64,000 bases of DNA, taken from the NCBI GenBank assembly GCA_001179505.1, contig CDMY01000472.1, positions 5,742-69,741 on the forward strand, in the 5' to 3' direction. Of the stretch, positions 37,317-46,868 are shown in pieces (the first letter of the stretch is position 1; the number at the start of each line of letters is the position of its first letter). The notes under the pieces are model-generated. The model was not told where the DNA came from and searched no databases. It worked only from the letters and a program-made list of their open reading frames with translations. The DNA comes from Vitrella brassicaformis CCMP3155. Lineage: Eukaryota; Protista; Chromerida. Position numbers and translations under genes: made by a program.

Positions 37317-38980
37317 ATGGCGGACGAGAAGTCTATTGTCGACTTAGCGAATCATGAGCTGGCGAGCGTAGGCAGTCTGGATGACGGTGAGTGCAAAACG
37401 AGTGTATTACCAACCCATCGACAGCTGCCCGCTGTCATGTACTCAGTTGAAGAGGATGCGTTCCCATCGGATGCCGGTGCTCCGTCTGCCGGTGCTCCGT
37501 CTGCCGGTGCTCCGTCCGCATCCTTCCTGGCGAGCACATCAGTGGGAGGTGAGTGAGCCCCGCACACCACACCGCACACGTCACAGTTGCGCCCATGTGT
37601 GGTGCTGTGTTGCTGGCTGTCTTTCTTTCTTTCTCAGACAAGAGCATGACTTCACTGCATACCCAGAGCTGTATTGTACCCCAATCCGACGGCAGGCTCA
37701 CCAGCAACAAGTGTCGCACGCTGCCACCAAAGCTGAATCCAGCTCCGTAAGCAGGACGCCAGTGCACAGCCAGACGTGACCACTGAATGTGGGTGTGGTG
37801 TGTGTCATGTGATTAGCATCGTGGGCAGCACCATGTGTTGGCGGTGTGAGCACCTGGGTATGATAGAGAGTCTCATACGGCCAACTCCCAACACACGCAG
37901 GCACCACCTCTATCTGTGCGGTTGCAGTCGATGAAGACGATGAAGACGATGAAGACGATGGACGACACGCTTAGAAGAGCACCGGTGAGACCGAGCTCGA
38001 GAAGCTCGAGAAGGGATTAGACGTGACCGCCAGCTGGCTGAAGGTGAGCCTCGCTCAATCGCATGCCAAATTTGCTGCGTACAGGCAGAGAGGGGGCACA
38101 GGTAGCTGGGCAGATGGGCAGTTAGCTGCCTGGGAGCGCTGCGTGTGTGTGGCGGCACTGCACACATGGTTGGCCTCAATTGGTGCTGGTTCTGTGGGTG
38201 TGGTGTTGCAGAGCTGGCCCGTTACGACCGCGGGCAGCTGCTGGGGCTGTGGAAGGAGAAGGAGCACCTGCAGGGTAGGCCCCAACACCAGCATACCTCC
38301 CTGTCAGTCGCTGTCACTTCTTTATTACGACTGGGTGTGTGTGATCCGCGGCGTGCAGAACTTGTGAATAGGTGGCGGGGGAGGCAGCAGGCCGACGCAG
38401 AGAGGCTGAATAAGGCGCTCAATACTATCGAGAAGGCCAAACAGAACCAGGTGCGTGCACAGATGTGGGTCGTTGGCATGTCGGCTGGCAGATGTCCTTT
38501 CTGCCTGCGTGCCCGTGTGTGTGATGTTGTGAGTACAGGAAATACTCGTCGCCGCTGCCGCCAAACTGGAGGTCAGAGGCTCAGTCCTCCTCTCCCCCTA
38601 CTCACAGACACACACACACACTCGCTGAAGGCCATGATAGCCAAGCTGTAGCAGGTACACATAGGCGTACTGTACTCCACAGACAGATCGAACCACACAG
38701 AGAGGACCATTCATGCGCACACACCCAACACACATATGCTTTGTTCGTTCGTTTGTGTTGCCCATATCAGCAACTAGAGGCGGCGACCACCACAGCCCAC
38801 CAGCCGTCCACGGCGTCGGGGAGCCCGGCCTCAGCGTCGGCCTCCCATTCGCTAAGCCCTCACCTCCCCCCTCGGCCGCTCAACGCAGCGTGCGAGACGC
38901 CGCCCTCCAGGCGCAGGGGAAGAAGATCGGGCTGGTGCGGGGGCCGCGAGGCCCCCAGCATCAGCAGACACAGACAGGAG
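37317..38980 (+). CDS. Low-complexity/coiled-coil hypothetical gene, possibly disrupted
   Basis: MADEKSIVDLANHELASVGSLDD is followed by GT-AG-bounded segments, including 3x GAPSA (15-bp tandem at about 37474-37518) and ELEKLEKGLDVTASWLK. The frames could not all be joined. Confidence 0.4.
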
Positions 38981-38987
38981 AGAGGAG

Positions 38988-39180
38988 GTATGGATGTCGG
39001 GAGGATGCTGCTTCTTTCACCGATGTCTCTGTCTCTGCTGCCATGTCTCTGTGTGTGTTTTGTGTCTTCAGCCGCAGTGTATCGCTGCCTTCATTTTATA
39101 TCCGTGGACATTTTCATTTCACTTCAGCGGCGTTGGATTCCCAACCGCAACAGATGCGACAGGTTCGAAAAGAAGACAAG
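38988..39180 (+). repeat. Repeat element R copy 1 (long type); identical 31-bp core at 39072-39102
   Basis: GTATGG...TGTCTTCAG CCGCAGTGTATCGCTGCCTTCATTTTATATC...ATTTCACTTCAGCG...GCGACAGGTT.GAAAAGAAGAC. It is nearly identical to copy 6. Confidence 0.95.
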
Positions 39181-39379
39181 TCGATGAACTATACAATCCC
39201 TGCCTCTCTTTCTCTTTGCTGTATCTCCGTCCGTCTGCTTGCCTTTATGTCTCTCCTGCTACTCAGGCGATATCGGCACTGATGTCTCCCCTTTGTGCTC
39301 CGCAGCAGCAGCACCATCAACAGCATCGTCATCAGCAGGCCTTCGTCATGATGTGGCTGCCCCTCCCCATGTGCCCACC

Positions 39380-39718
39380 ATGAGGCCACTCGAGCGGACC
39401 CCCGCTCATAGGCGTCAGAAGGCGCCCGCACCAAGGCCGCCACGCACCCCTCGCAACACGTGGCCATGGCAGACGCGAGTCAACCCCTACACCTGCCCGC
39501 CCTGCCTCCGGGCTCAGAGGGACGAGGGCGAGGAGAGCGGTGAGGAGGGAGGACAGCAGGAGAGGGCACGGGAGAAGAAGGGCTGTGCTCGCGACTTCCA
39601 GGCGCCAGGGAGCCCATCGACGGCGGCCGGCCTTATCCCGTCCGACGGCGGCTCGCCACCTTTGCTTGTGGCCCTCCCTGACTCGCCACAGCCACCCGCC
39701 GCCCAGCCCAGCCACTAA
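39380..39718 (+). CDS. Short Pro/Arg-rich then acidic ORF (cassette X); unknown
   Basis: ATG 39380 to TAA 39718, with coding-like GC3 usage. It lies between R1 and cassette Y1. Confidence 0.3.
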   Translation: MRPLERTPAHRRQKAPAPRPPRTPRNTWPWQTRVNPYTCPPCLRAQRDEGEESGEEGGQQERAREKKGCARDFQAPGSPSTAAGLIPSDGGSPPLLVALPDSPQPPAAQPSH

Positions 39719-39830
39719 CCGCAGCACACCAGGGGATCGAGCTGCTGGGGTTCCAGCCATCCGGCCGTTATGGCGCGGATTGAGGACAGGTTTGGGCTCA
39801 TCGAGGGCCATACCCCCAGCCGCCCGCGTG

Positions 39831-40560
39831 ATGGTCAAGACGCTGGTTCCCCGCGGTCTGCACAACTACCACCCCCAGGATGCGGCGGATCTCATCGAAC
39901 GGCTGAGTAGGAAGGCAGCGGTCATCAAGGCCATCTCGGGGCTGACGGGGAACGGCGGGCACCCCATCACCCCAACCATGGTGGCATGCGGCGACATCGA
40001 CCCCCTGTCGCACCTGCCCCTCCGGCTGATGAGTAGGGAGTGGCATGGGTACCGGGAGAGGAGGTATGCGGAGGAGCGTCCCAGCGGCCCCAACAGCCGC
40101 ATGGAGGTGGAGCTCGACGGCTACTACATCATGTGCCATTACGCTGGTACGCCCGTCAGTGACACACCGGGAGGGGGACACACAGGGGAATACAGGGGAG
40201 GGGCAGGCGTCTATGTGGCTGTCTGTCTGCTTGCTGTCCTGTGTGTCCTGTGTATTCAGCGTTTTCGTCTGAGGCCACCATCGCAGCCCTCGACGCACAG
40301 CCCCATGCACAGCCGTCCGCCCGATTCGCCCCACTCCCGCCACCACCTGGGTTCGCCTCAGGGAGCGACGACAGCGACTCAGACGACGACGAGCCAGCGG
40401 CGCCACCTGGAGAGGAGACGACGACGAAGAGGTGTGGGTGGGTGATGAGGGTGAGGAGGACGACTGGGTGCCGGACGAGATCCGCGAGATGTGGGAGGAA
40501 AAGACGGTTGAGGAGGCGAGGAGAGCGGCCGAGAAGGCCGAGGAGAGCGGCTTTGTCATA
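39831..40560 (+). pseudogene. Cassette Y copy 1, hypothetical with an acidic tail; apparent frameshift near 40415
   Basis: DAADLIERLSRKAAVIKAISGLTGNGGHP and AFSSEATIAALDAQ...SDDSDSDDDEPAAPP are paralogous to 42350-42820. The acidic tail (DDDEEVWVGDEGEEDDWVPDEIREMW) is out of frame by one base. Confidence 0.55.
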
Positions 40561-40562
40561 TC

Positions 40563-40600
40563 CTGCCTTCATTTTATATCGGTGGGCGTATTTCCCCTCT
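40563..40600 (+). repeat. Repeat R copy 2 (truncated core)
   Basis: CTGCCTTCATTTTATATCGGTGGGC(G)TATTTCC matches the core 3' part and the flank of copy 5. Confidence 0.85.
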
Positions 40601-41544
40601 TTCCGCTGCTTGCAGCCTCCTCGGAGACCTGCGTCGGACAAGGCGTGGCTGAGGGTGATGACGGTTAGGGTAAGCTTCAAATTCCATCTTGGAAACAAAA
40701 TGTGAATTTGGAGTTCAGATAGAAGGTTTGCTCATACACGGATCGGTGCAGGGAGTCCACAGGTGTGTGGGACAAACTCCTCCGGCACTGCCCTGATTGG
40801 TATGAGGACAAGGACGATACGTCGCTGCCGGCCTGTGTGTGTGGTCATCAAGCCACCCCACAACCACTATTGTGTTGTGCTTTGTGGTATGTGTTAGGGG
40901 GGCTGCCGCAGTCAAGTCGCTGTCCGAGGGCGGCCTCGCCTTCATGACCAAATCCATCCTCTTCGGCCTCAGTCAACTGCGCGAGAGGTGTGTGCGTGTC
41001 AAAGCTGGCCAACGCCGGCGACATCGCGCCGCCCTATGGTAGGGTGCAGGAGCCCTCCCCCCTCCCACAGCAGCAGCAGCCGGCCATCACCGAGGCACCG
41101 ACAGGGGCGCTGCCCGTGGCACCCCGCCCTGCAGCCGGTCATCAGACTGGGGAGGGGGCGGTTGACATCGTTTGGGTGCCTCCCGATGGCTGGAATGGCC
41201 TTGAGAGCAACACCAGGGGCGCTTCGGACGTGACGACCAACTACGAGTTGAACAGCACCATCCGTTCGCGGATGCACTGGCCAGCGGTGACTGCCCCCGA
41301 CACACAATTCCACGGCGATGTGCTTGTCTTAGAGGAGCGCAGTTCCCAGCGGTGCCGCGACGTCGAACAGCTCATCGCCGAACAGAACCCCCCAACCCAC
41401 TTGATGTGTGCTGCTGTCCTTTTGTCAGTGAGTCGTTTGTCTAATGACTGATCCCCAGCCTCGTCCCGGTGGTTCCTCAGGTGGGTGGCGACGGGTCCAT
41501 CTTACGATACCATTTGCGTGCCTTTGCTGCTTCTGTTGACGCAG

Positions 41545-42110
41545 GAGGCGTCTTCAGAGGGCCTGCAAGATGCTGGGGGTGTCTGAGTGGGACAACAAGG
41601 GGCTGGTCCGCCACGCCTACCACAAAGGCCCTGCAGCACCACCCCGACAAAGGAGGCACGAAGGAGGGCTTCCAGCGGCTCAAGAGGGCGTACGAGCTGG
41701 TGAATGCAGCGGCGCCGGAGCCACCCAAGAGCTGTGAGGAGGGCGAGGCCACGGGTGCGTGCCTCGACAGGCTGAGTGGTCTGTGCCCTTAGTGCGCCAA
41801 GATGTACCAGGTGCGTGCATTGCGGTTGAGAGAAAGTCATGTCTCTCTCACCTGATGTTCGTTTCCGCTGTGTGTGTTGGGCTCTCGTCAGACCAAGGCG
41901 TTGAGGGAGATGACGTGGGAGGCCGAGGCCAAGGCGCCAGTGGCAGAGGAGGAGGCCCACGCCGCGACCACCCCCGCCGCCACGGTCAGAAGCCGCTCTT
42001 CCTTTCACACCGACCAGGGGCCGCCCGTCACCAGCAGGGGGGAGGGGCTCTGGAGCCGCTGGTTTCCAGACCCCTTCTGCACCTGCTGCACCCACCCCGA
42101 CGGCAACTGA
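41545..42110 (+). pseudogene. J-domain (DnaJ) gene copy 1, inactivated
   Basis: It is paralogous to 45119-45685, including the intron. There is a 2-nt deletion at about 41621-41627 before ALQHHPDKGG, and TAG at 41790-41792 where copy 2 has AAG. Confidence 0.85.
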
Positions 42111-42249
42111 CGGCTGCTGTTGGTGGGTGTTGTCAGCCACGCCCCCAACAGCAGCACGTCGCACCTGCGTAGCCTCGCCCCCAGAAGAAGAAGGACAAGA
42201 GGGACGGGCATCCCGGTGAGGCGAGCTGTGGATAGTGAAGTGTCATGAG

Positions 42250-42340
42250 TGCTTCTTCCGTCATGTCTCTGTACATGTATGTGTGTCTCTGTGCAGCCCG
42301 TCGTACCGCTGTCTACATTTTATATTGGTGGACATATCAA
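42250..42340 (+). repeat. Repeat R copy 3 (diverged)
   Basis: TGCTTCTT...CATGTCTCTGT...TGTGCAG CCCGTCGTACCGCTGTCTACATTTTATATTGGTGGACAT. Confidence 0.65.
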
Positions 42341-42349
42341 ACCCTTTCG

Positions 42350-42820
42350 ACGCCCTCAACATATCCTCGCACGGCCTGCGCGACCACCATCAAGCCCCGC
42401 GAGGAGGCCGAGCTGGTCGAGCGGCTCAAGAGGGAGGCAGCGGCCGTCAACGCCATCTCAGGTCTGACGGAGGAGGGCGCCCACCCCGTGTCACTTACAC
42501 ATACGGGAAAGAGGGGGACACACAGGGGAATACAGGGGGGAGGCAGGTGTCCATGGAGCTGTCTGTCTGTCTGTCTGCTGTCCTTTGTGTCCTGTTCATT
42601 CAGCGTTTTTGTCTGAGGCCACCATCGCAGCCCTCGACGCACAGGCCCCTGCACAGCCGCCCGAATTAGCCGCCCCACTCGCCCAACCACCACTGCCCCC
42701 ACCACCTCGGTTCGCCCCAGGGAGCGAGGACAGCGACTCGGACGACCACGAGCCAGCGGCGCCACCCCGAGAGGAGGAGGAGGACGTGTGGGTGGGTGAA
42801 TGTCCTCTCGTCGGTCAGCG
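42350..42820 (+). pseudogene. Cassette Y copy 2 (internally deleted)
   Basis: EEAELVERLKREAAAVNAISGLTEEGAHP, a shared intron remnant (GGGGGACACACAGGGGAATACAGGGG) and AFLSEATIAALDAQ...DSDSDDHEPAAPP. It lacks the middle part present in Y1. Confidence 0.6.
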
Positions 42821-42872
42821 GATTGCTTAGAAGAGACATCAAGGCGATCAGCCTATAGAGGAGGAGGAGAAG

Positions 42873-43050
42873 GTATGGGTGCTGTTTCCTTCATGTCCTT
42901 GTCTGTCTCGCCATGTCTCTGTCTGTGTCTTGTGTTTTCAGCCGCAGTGTATCGCTGCCTTCATTTTATATCTGTAGCCGTCTTTGTTTATTTCACTTCA
43001 GCGGCGTTGGATTTCTTACAGCAAGGAAAGCGACAGGTTAGAAAAGAAGA
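42873..43050 (+). repeat. Repeat R copy 4 (long type); identical core at 42942-42972
   Basis: Identical 31-bp core, followed by ATTTCACTTCAGCGGCGTTGGATT...GCGACAGGTTAGAAAAGAAGAC. Confidence 0.95.
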
Positions 43051-43277
43051 CCGGAGGGATGGAAAGAGTCCGATGAAACAAACACATTCTCTGCCTCTCT
43101 CATTCTCTACTCTATCTCTGTCCGTCAGCTTGCCTTCATCCCTCTGCTATAGTCATTGCCTTTATCCCTCTGCTGGTCGACTACAGCCGAATTCAGCTCA
43201 TTTGATAAATTCTCAGCTGACACCAGCCCATCAAAGCTCTGACAGGTCCTGTGAGTTGTTGCCTGCCTTGCCTGCAG

Positions 43278-44635
43278 GTCCCACCTCCATGAGGTCGTCT
43301 GGCAGGACTCGGATGTCAGCGACTCAGAGACGAAAAGCCTCAGCGAGTGCGCCCGCCAAATCAACATACTCCACGGCCTACTGGACAAGTACTGGGAGGA
43401 GCTGTCGGACACTGGCGGCAGACCGGACCTTGACCTCATGAGAAGGAAGCACATGTACTCTGTCGCCAGTGAGGTGCGCGTACACACAGAGAGAGGGAGG
43501 GAGGTGGATGCATCATCCCTCCACGGTGGCATTTGTTTTCTCTTGGTGTGCAGCTGGAAGTGCAGGTGGCCGAGATCCTCAAACGGCACGAGCAGCACGT
43601 CAGGAACAAGCCGACCAGTATCATCAGCCTCCTGACCGTGTTGGTCATCCCGATGCTGGTCAAGATCGACCCTCTCAACGATGCGGCCGACCCCCTGAAC
43701 GAGAAGCACTATCCAAAACTAGGAAGGGTGCGTTGAGGGCCCGCAGTGGGGCAATCGCCTGGCTGTCTATCTGTCTATGTCTGTCTGCCTGTCGGTGCTG
43801 TGTTCAGTTGTATCTGCAGATGAGCAGTCAGGACTGGAGGTTCTCGAAGTACGAGGAGGCGGTGCAGAGGACCCTCGTCTTCCACACTTCACGGCCTGCT
43901 CGAGAGGTACTTTGCCGAGCTAGAGGACACTGGCGCCAGACTGGACCACAACACCATCGCCACAAAGTACTCTGTCGCCGATGCGGTCCGCGTACACGCA
44001 GAGAGAGATGGATACGTCCATGGTGAGTTTTGGTTTCCCTTGCTGTGTGTCGCGCTTGTATGAGTGCAGCTGGAGGCGGAGATTGCCCTTATCTTCGAGG
44101 TACTGGAGAAGCACATCAAGAGCCGGCCGACCAGTGTCATAGGCACCGTCACGGCGCTGCTGATCCCGGTGCTGGTCAAGATCGACCCTAACAACAAAGC
44201 GGCCGACCCCATGAGCGAGGACCACTACCCAAAATACGAGGGGTGCGCTGAGGGGCAGTGGGGTCAATCGCCAACGACAGACACCGGCCTCTTGGTGTTG
44301 TGTTTCAGGCATATTTCTCGCTGCGCGAGGACGAGATGTTCCAAAGGTATGTGGATGCTGTGGAGACAACTATGCACTTCCAGAAGGTCGGGGTCCCGAA
44401 CTCGTACATGCTGGCCTTCTTCCGCCACCTGCCCCTGGGCGAGGCGCCCCCTGCGCCACAAACAAGAGCCACCAAGTCAAGCGCCGACACAAGGACAAGA
44501 TGGCCCAGTTGGAGCAGGTCTTCAGGCAAGGACAGGCGCCGACTGCAAGTCATCCAGCAGACCCTCGCCCGTCTGCAGCTGCCATCTGAAACCACACGCC
44601 GGCTGGTCAATTCAACCCCAGGGAGACAGTCCTGA
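43278..44635 (+). pseudogene. Cassette W: protein with two tandem ~100-aa helical repeats, frameshifted at about 43886
   Basis: LHGLLDKYWEELSDTGGRPD...YSVASE|LEVQVAEILKRHEQHVRNKPTSIISLLTVLVIPMLVKIDPLNDAADP is repeated as LHGLLERYFAELEDTGARLD...YSVADA|LEAEIALIFEVLEKHIKSRPTSVIGTVTALLIPVLVKIDPNNKAADP. Intron positions are conserved between the repeats. Confidence 0.65.
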
Positions 44636-44671
44636 GGCGCCACCCCGGGCGGCTGCAATGAGAAGGAGAAG

Positions 44672-44800
44672 GTAAGGGCGAGGAGAGATATGCTTCATCC
44701 ATGTCCTTGTTTGTTTCGCCATGTCTCTTTCCATTTTTTGTGTCTTCAGCCGCAGTGTATCGCTGCCTTCATTTTATATCGGTGGGCCCATTTCCGCAGT
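44672..44800 (+). repeat. Repeat R copy 5 (short type); identical core at 44750-44780
   Basis: Identical 31-bp core followed by GGTGGGCCCATTTCC, as in copy 2. Confidence 0.95.
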
Positions 44801-45118
44801 GTTTCGGACCATCAGAGTCCCACAACAATCCGACAAAGACGTAAGTCATGTTCGATAGAAGTCAACAAGCACACAAGCCTGATGAACGTGTCCTGCAGCA
44901 CCAGCAGCACCAGCGCGGCACCCCACCCCACGGCTGCTGTCCTTTTGTCAGTACCTCGCTGATGGACACCCTGACGTCGCCCTACTGGAGATACAGGACG
45001 ATGACACCGTCCGCGGCGCAGCCCCGGCCCAAAAACTGATCGCAGCCGACAATGGTGGGTGGCGTCGAGTCCATCTTACGATACCATTTGCGTGTCTTCG
45101 CTGCTTCTGTTGGCGCAG

Positions 45119-45685
45119 CTGCGGCGTCTGCGGCGTGCCTGCAAGATCCTGGGGGTGTCTGAGTGGGACAACAAGGCCCTGGTACGCCGCGCCTACAAGG
45201 AGAAGGCCCTCCAGCACCACCCCGACAAAGGCGGCACCAAGGAGGGCTTCCAGCGGCTCAAGAGGGCGTACGAGCTGGTGCATGCAGCGGCGCCGGAGCC
45301 ACCCAAGAGCTGTGAGGAGGGCGAGGCCACGGGTGCGTGCCTCGACAGGCTGGGTGGTCTCTGCCCAAAGTGCGCCAAGATGTACCAGGTGCGTGCATTG
45401 CGTTTGAGAGAAAGTCACGTCTCTCTCACCTGATGTTCGTTTCCGCTGTGTGTGTTGGGCTCTCGTCAGGCCAAGGCGTTGAGGGAGATGACGTGGGAGG
45501 CCGAGGCCAAGGCGCCAGTGGCAGAGGAGGAGGCCCACGCCGCGACCACCCCCGCCGCCACGGTCAGCAGCCACCCGTCCTTTCACACCGACCAAGGGCC
45601 GCCCGTCACCAGCAGAGGGGAGGGGCTCTGGAGCCGCTGGTTTCCAGACTTCTTCTGCACCTGCTGCGGCTTTCCAAGAGGACGA
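45119..45685 (+). CDS. J-domain (DnaJ/Hsp40 co-chaperone domain) protein with downstream Cys motifs, copy 2; start not identified
   Basis: ACKILGVSEWDNKALVRRAYKEKALQHHPDKGGTKEGFQRLKRAYELV is a J-domain with HPD. It is followed by C...CLDRLGGLCPKC, an intron (45389-45469), and ...WFPDFFCTCC. Confidence 0.75.
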
Positions 45686-45701
45686 GTAAGCTGGGGAAGA
45701 G

Positions 45702-45895
45702 GTATGGGTGTCGGGAAGATACTGCTTCTTTGACCGATGTCTCTGTCTCTGCTGCCATGTCTCTGTGTGCGTTTTGTGTCTTCAGCCGCAGTGTATCGCT
45801 GCCTTCATTTTATATCTGTGGACATTTTCATTTCACTTCAGCGTCGCTGATTCCCTACAGCAAGGAATGCGACAGGTTAGAAAAAGAAGACAAGT
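45702..45895 (+). repeat. Repeat R copy 6 (long type); identical core at 45786-45816
   Basis: Near-identical to R1 over about 190 bp. Confidence 0.95.
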
Positions 45896-45913
45896 CGATT
45901 GTCCGCCACGCAG

Positions 45914-46543
45914 AACATCCAAGGTTTCCTGGCGTCTGGTGCGACCAACCGTGCCCTCTTCATCTCCCAGACTGTCGCGAGCATCGGGTGGATCTTCTAC
46001 GCCGCCGCATTCTTCCCTATGGGGGTGAGCGAGGTGCTAATGGATGGATGAATGGCGGGGCTCGTTGTGATTTTGCCGTAATGGCGTCAGCTCAACAACA
46101 CCGAGGGTCCTGGGATGGTGTTCGGGTGGATCATTGCCTCGTCCTACAAACTCGCCGGTGACGAAATGACACAGAGTGACGGGCAGGCCAGGGGGCTCCC
46201 CACGTCTCGTGTCTTGTGTTGTGTTGTGTTGTGTCTTCAGCGGTGTGTTCCTGCCGACGACCGCCCCCAGCTTCTGGGTGCACCTGGCCATGATGGTCTT
46301 CTACGGCCTGGGGCTCTTCGTCGCCACCATCTGGGCATTCATGTTCGAACCCACCATCCACTGGGTCGGTTGGTGGGGGGCCTTACACGCAAAGACCACA
46401 CAGAGTTCGGGATACACACGACTGACTTTCTCGTGTGATGCGTGTTCTCCTCGCAGGAGGGGGCTCCGGGGATGTATGCGGAGAGCTACGAGTTGGCCCC
46501 CGCCCTCGCACCCAAGCCCGTCATGGCCACCACCATGTCGTGA
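45914..46543 (+). CDS. Partial multi-pass membrane protein (3' exons only)
   Basis: Hydrophobic exons TVASIGWIFYAAAFFPMG, GPGMVFGWIIASSYKL and FWVHLAMMVFYGLGLFVATIWAFMF; the last exon ends in TGA at 46543. No start codon was found after R6. Confidence 0.5.
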
Positions 46544-46868
46544 GCAACCCGCCGCAACAATACAACACGACACTAGCACACATTGGATAGGGGGCACGTA
46601 GGCAGGCAGGGGCGGGAGGGAGGGAACAGCGGGCGCCGGCGTATCAGACATACGGAGTTTTAATAACGGGGGATGTTTTTTAGAGGGGTTCGGCGCTGGA
46701 CTTTTCGTTGCGGACACCACACACTCTCACGTCCATTGTTTATATCACACCACCACATCCACACGTTCATGGAATGTCCGTGTCTCGACTCGATCTGTTT
46801 TCCCATCAAGTGACGGCAGCCTTGGCGGCTCACAATTACGCCAACCCATGAATGCACCTCTCTGTCTG

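Noticed and set aside
39072-45816. R core (31 bp) as a CRISPR repeat
   Set aside because: Spacing is 1-4 kb and irregular, the intervening DNA is intron-containing gene fragments, there are no cas genes, and the host is eukaryotic.
39072-45830. R as a definite Helitron 3' terminus
   Set aside because: The hairpin and T-tract are suggestive, but the following bases are GTRG rather than CTRR. Similarity continues about 80 bp further in three copies, and no Rep/Helicase was seen. It is kept only as a hypothesis.
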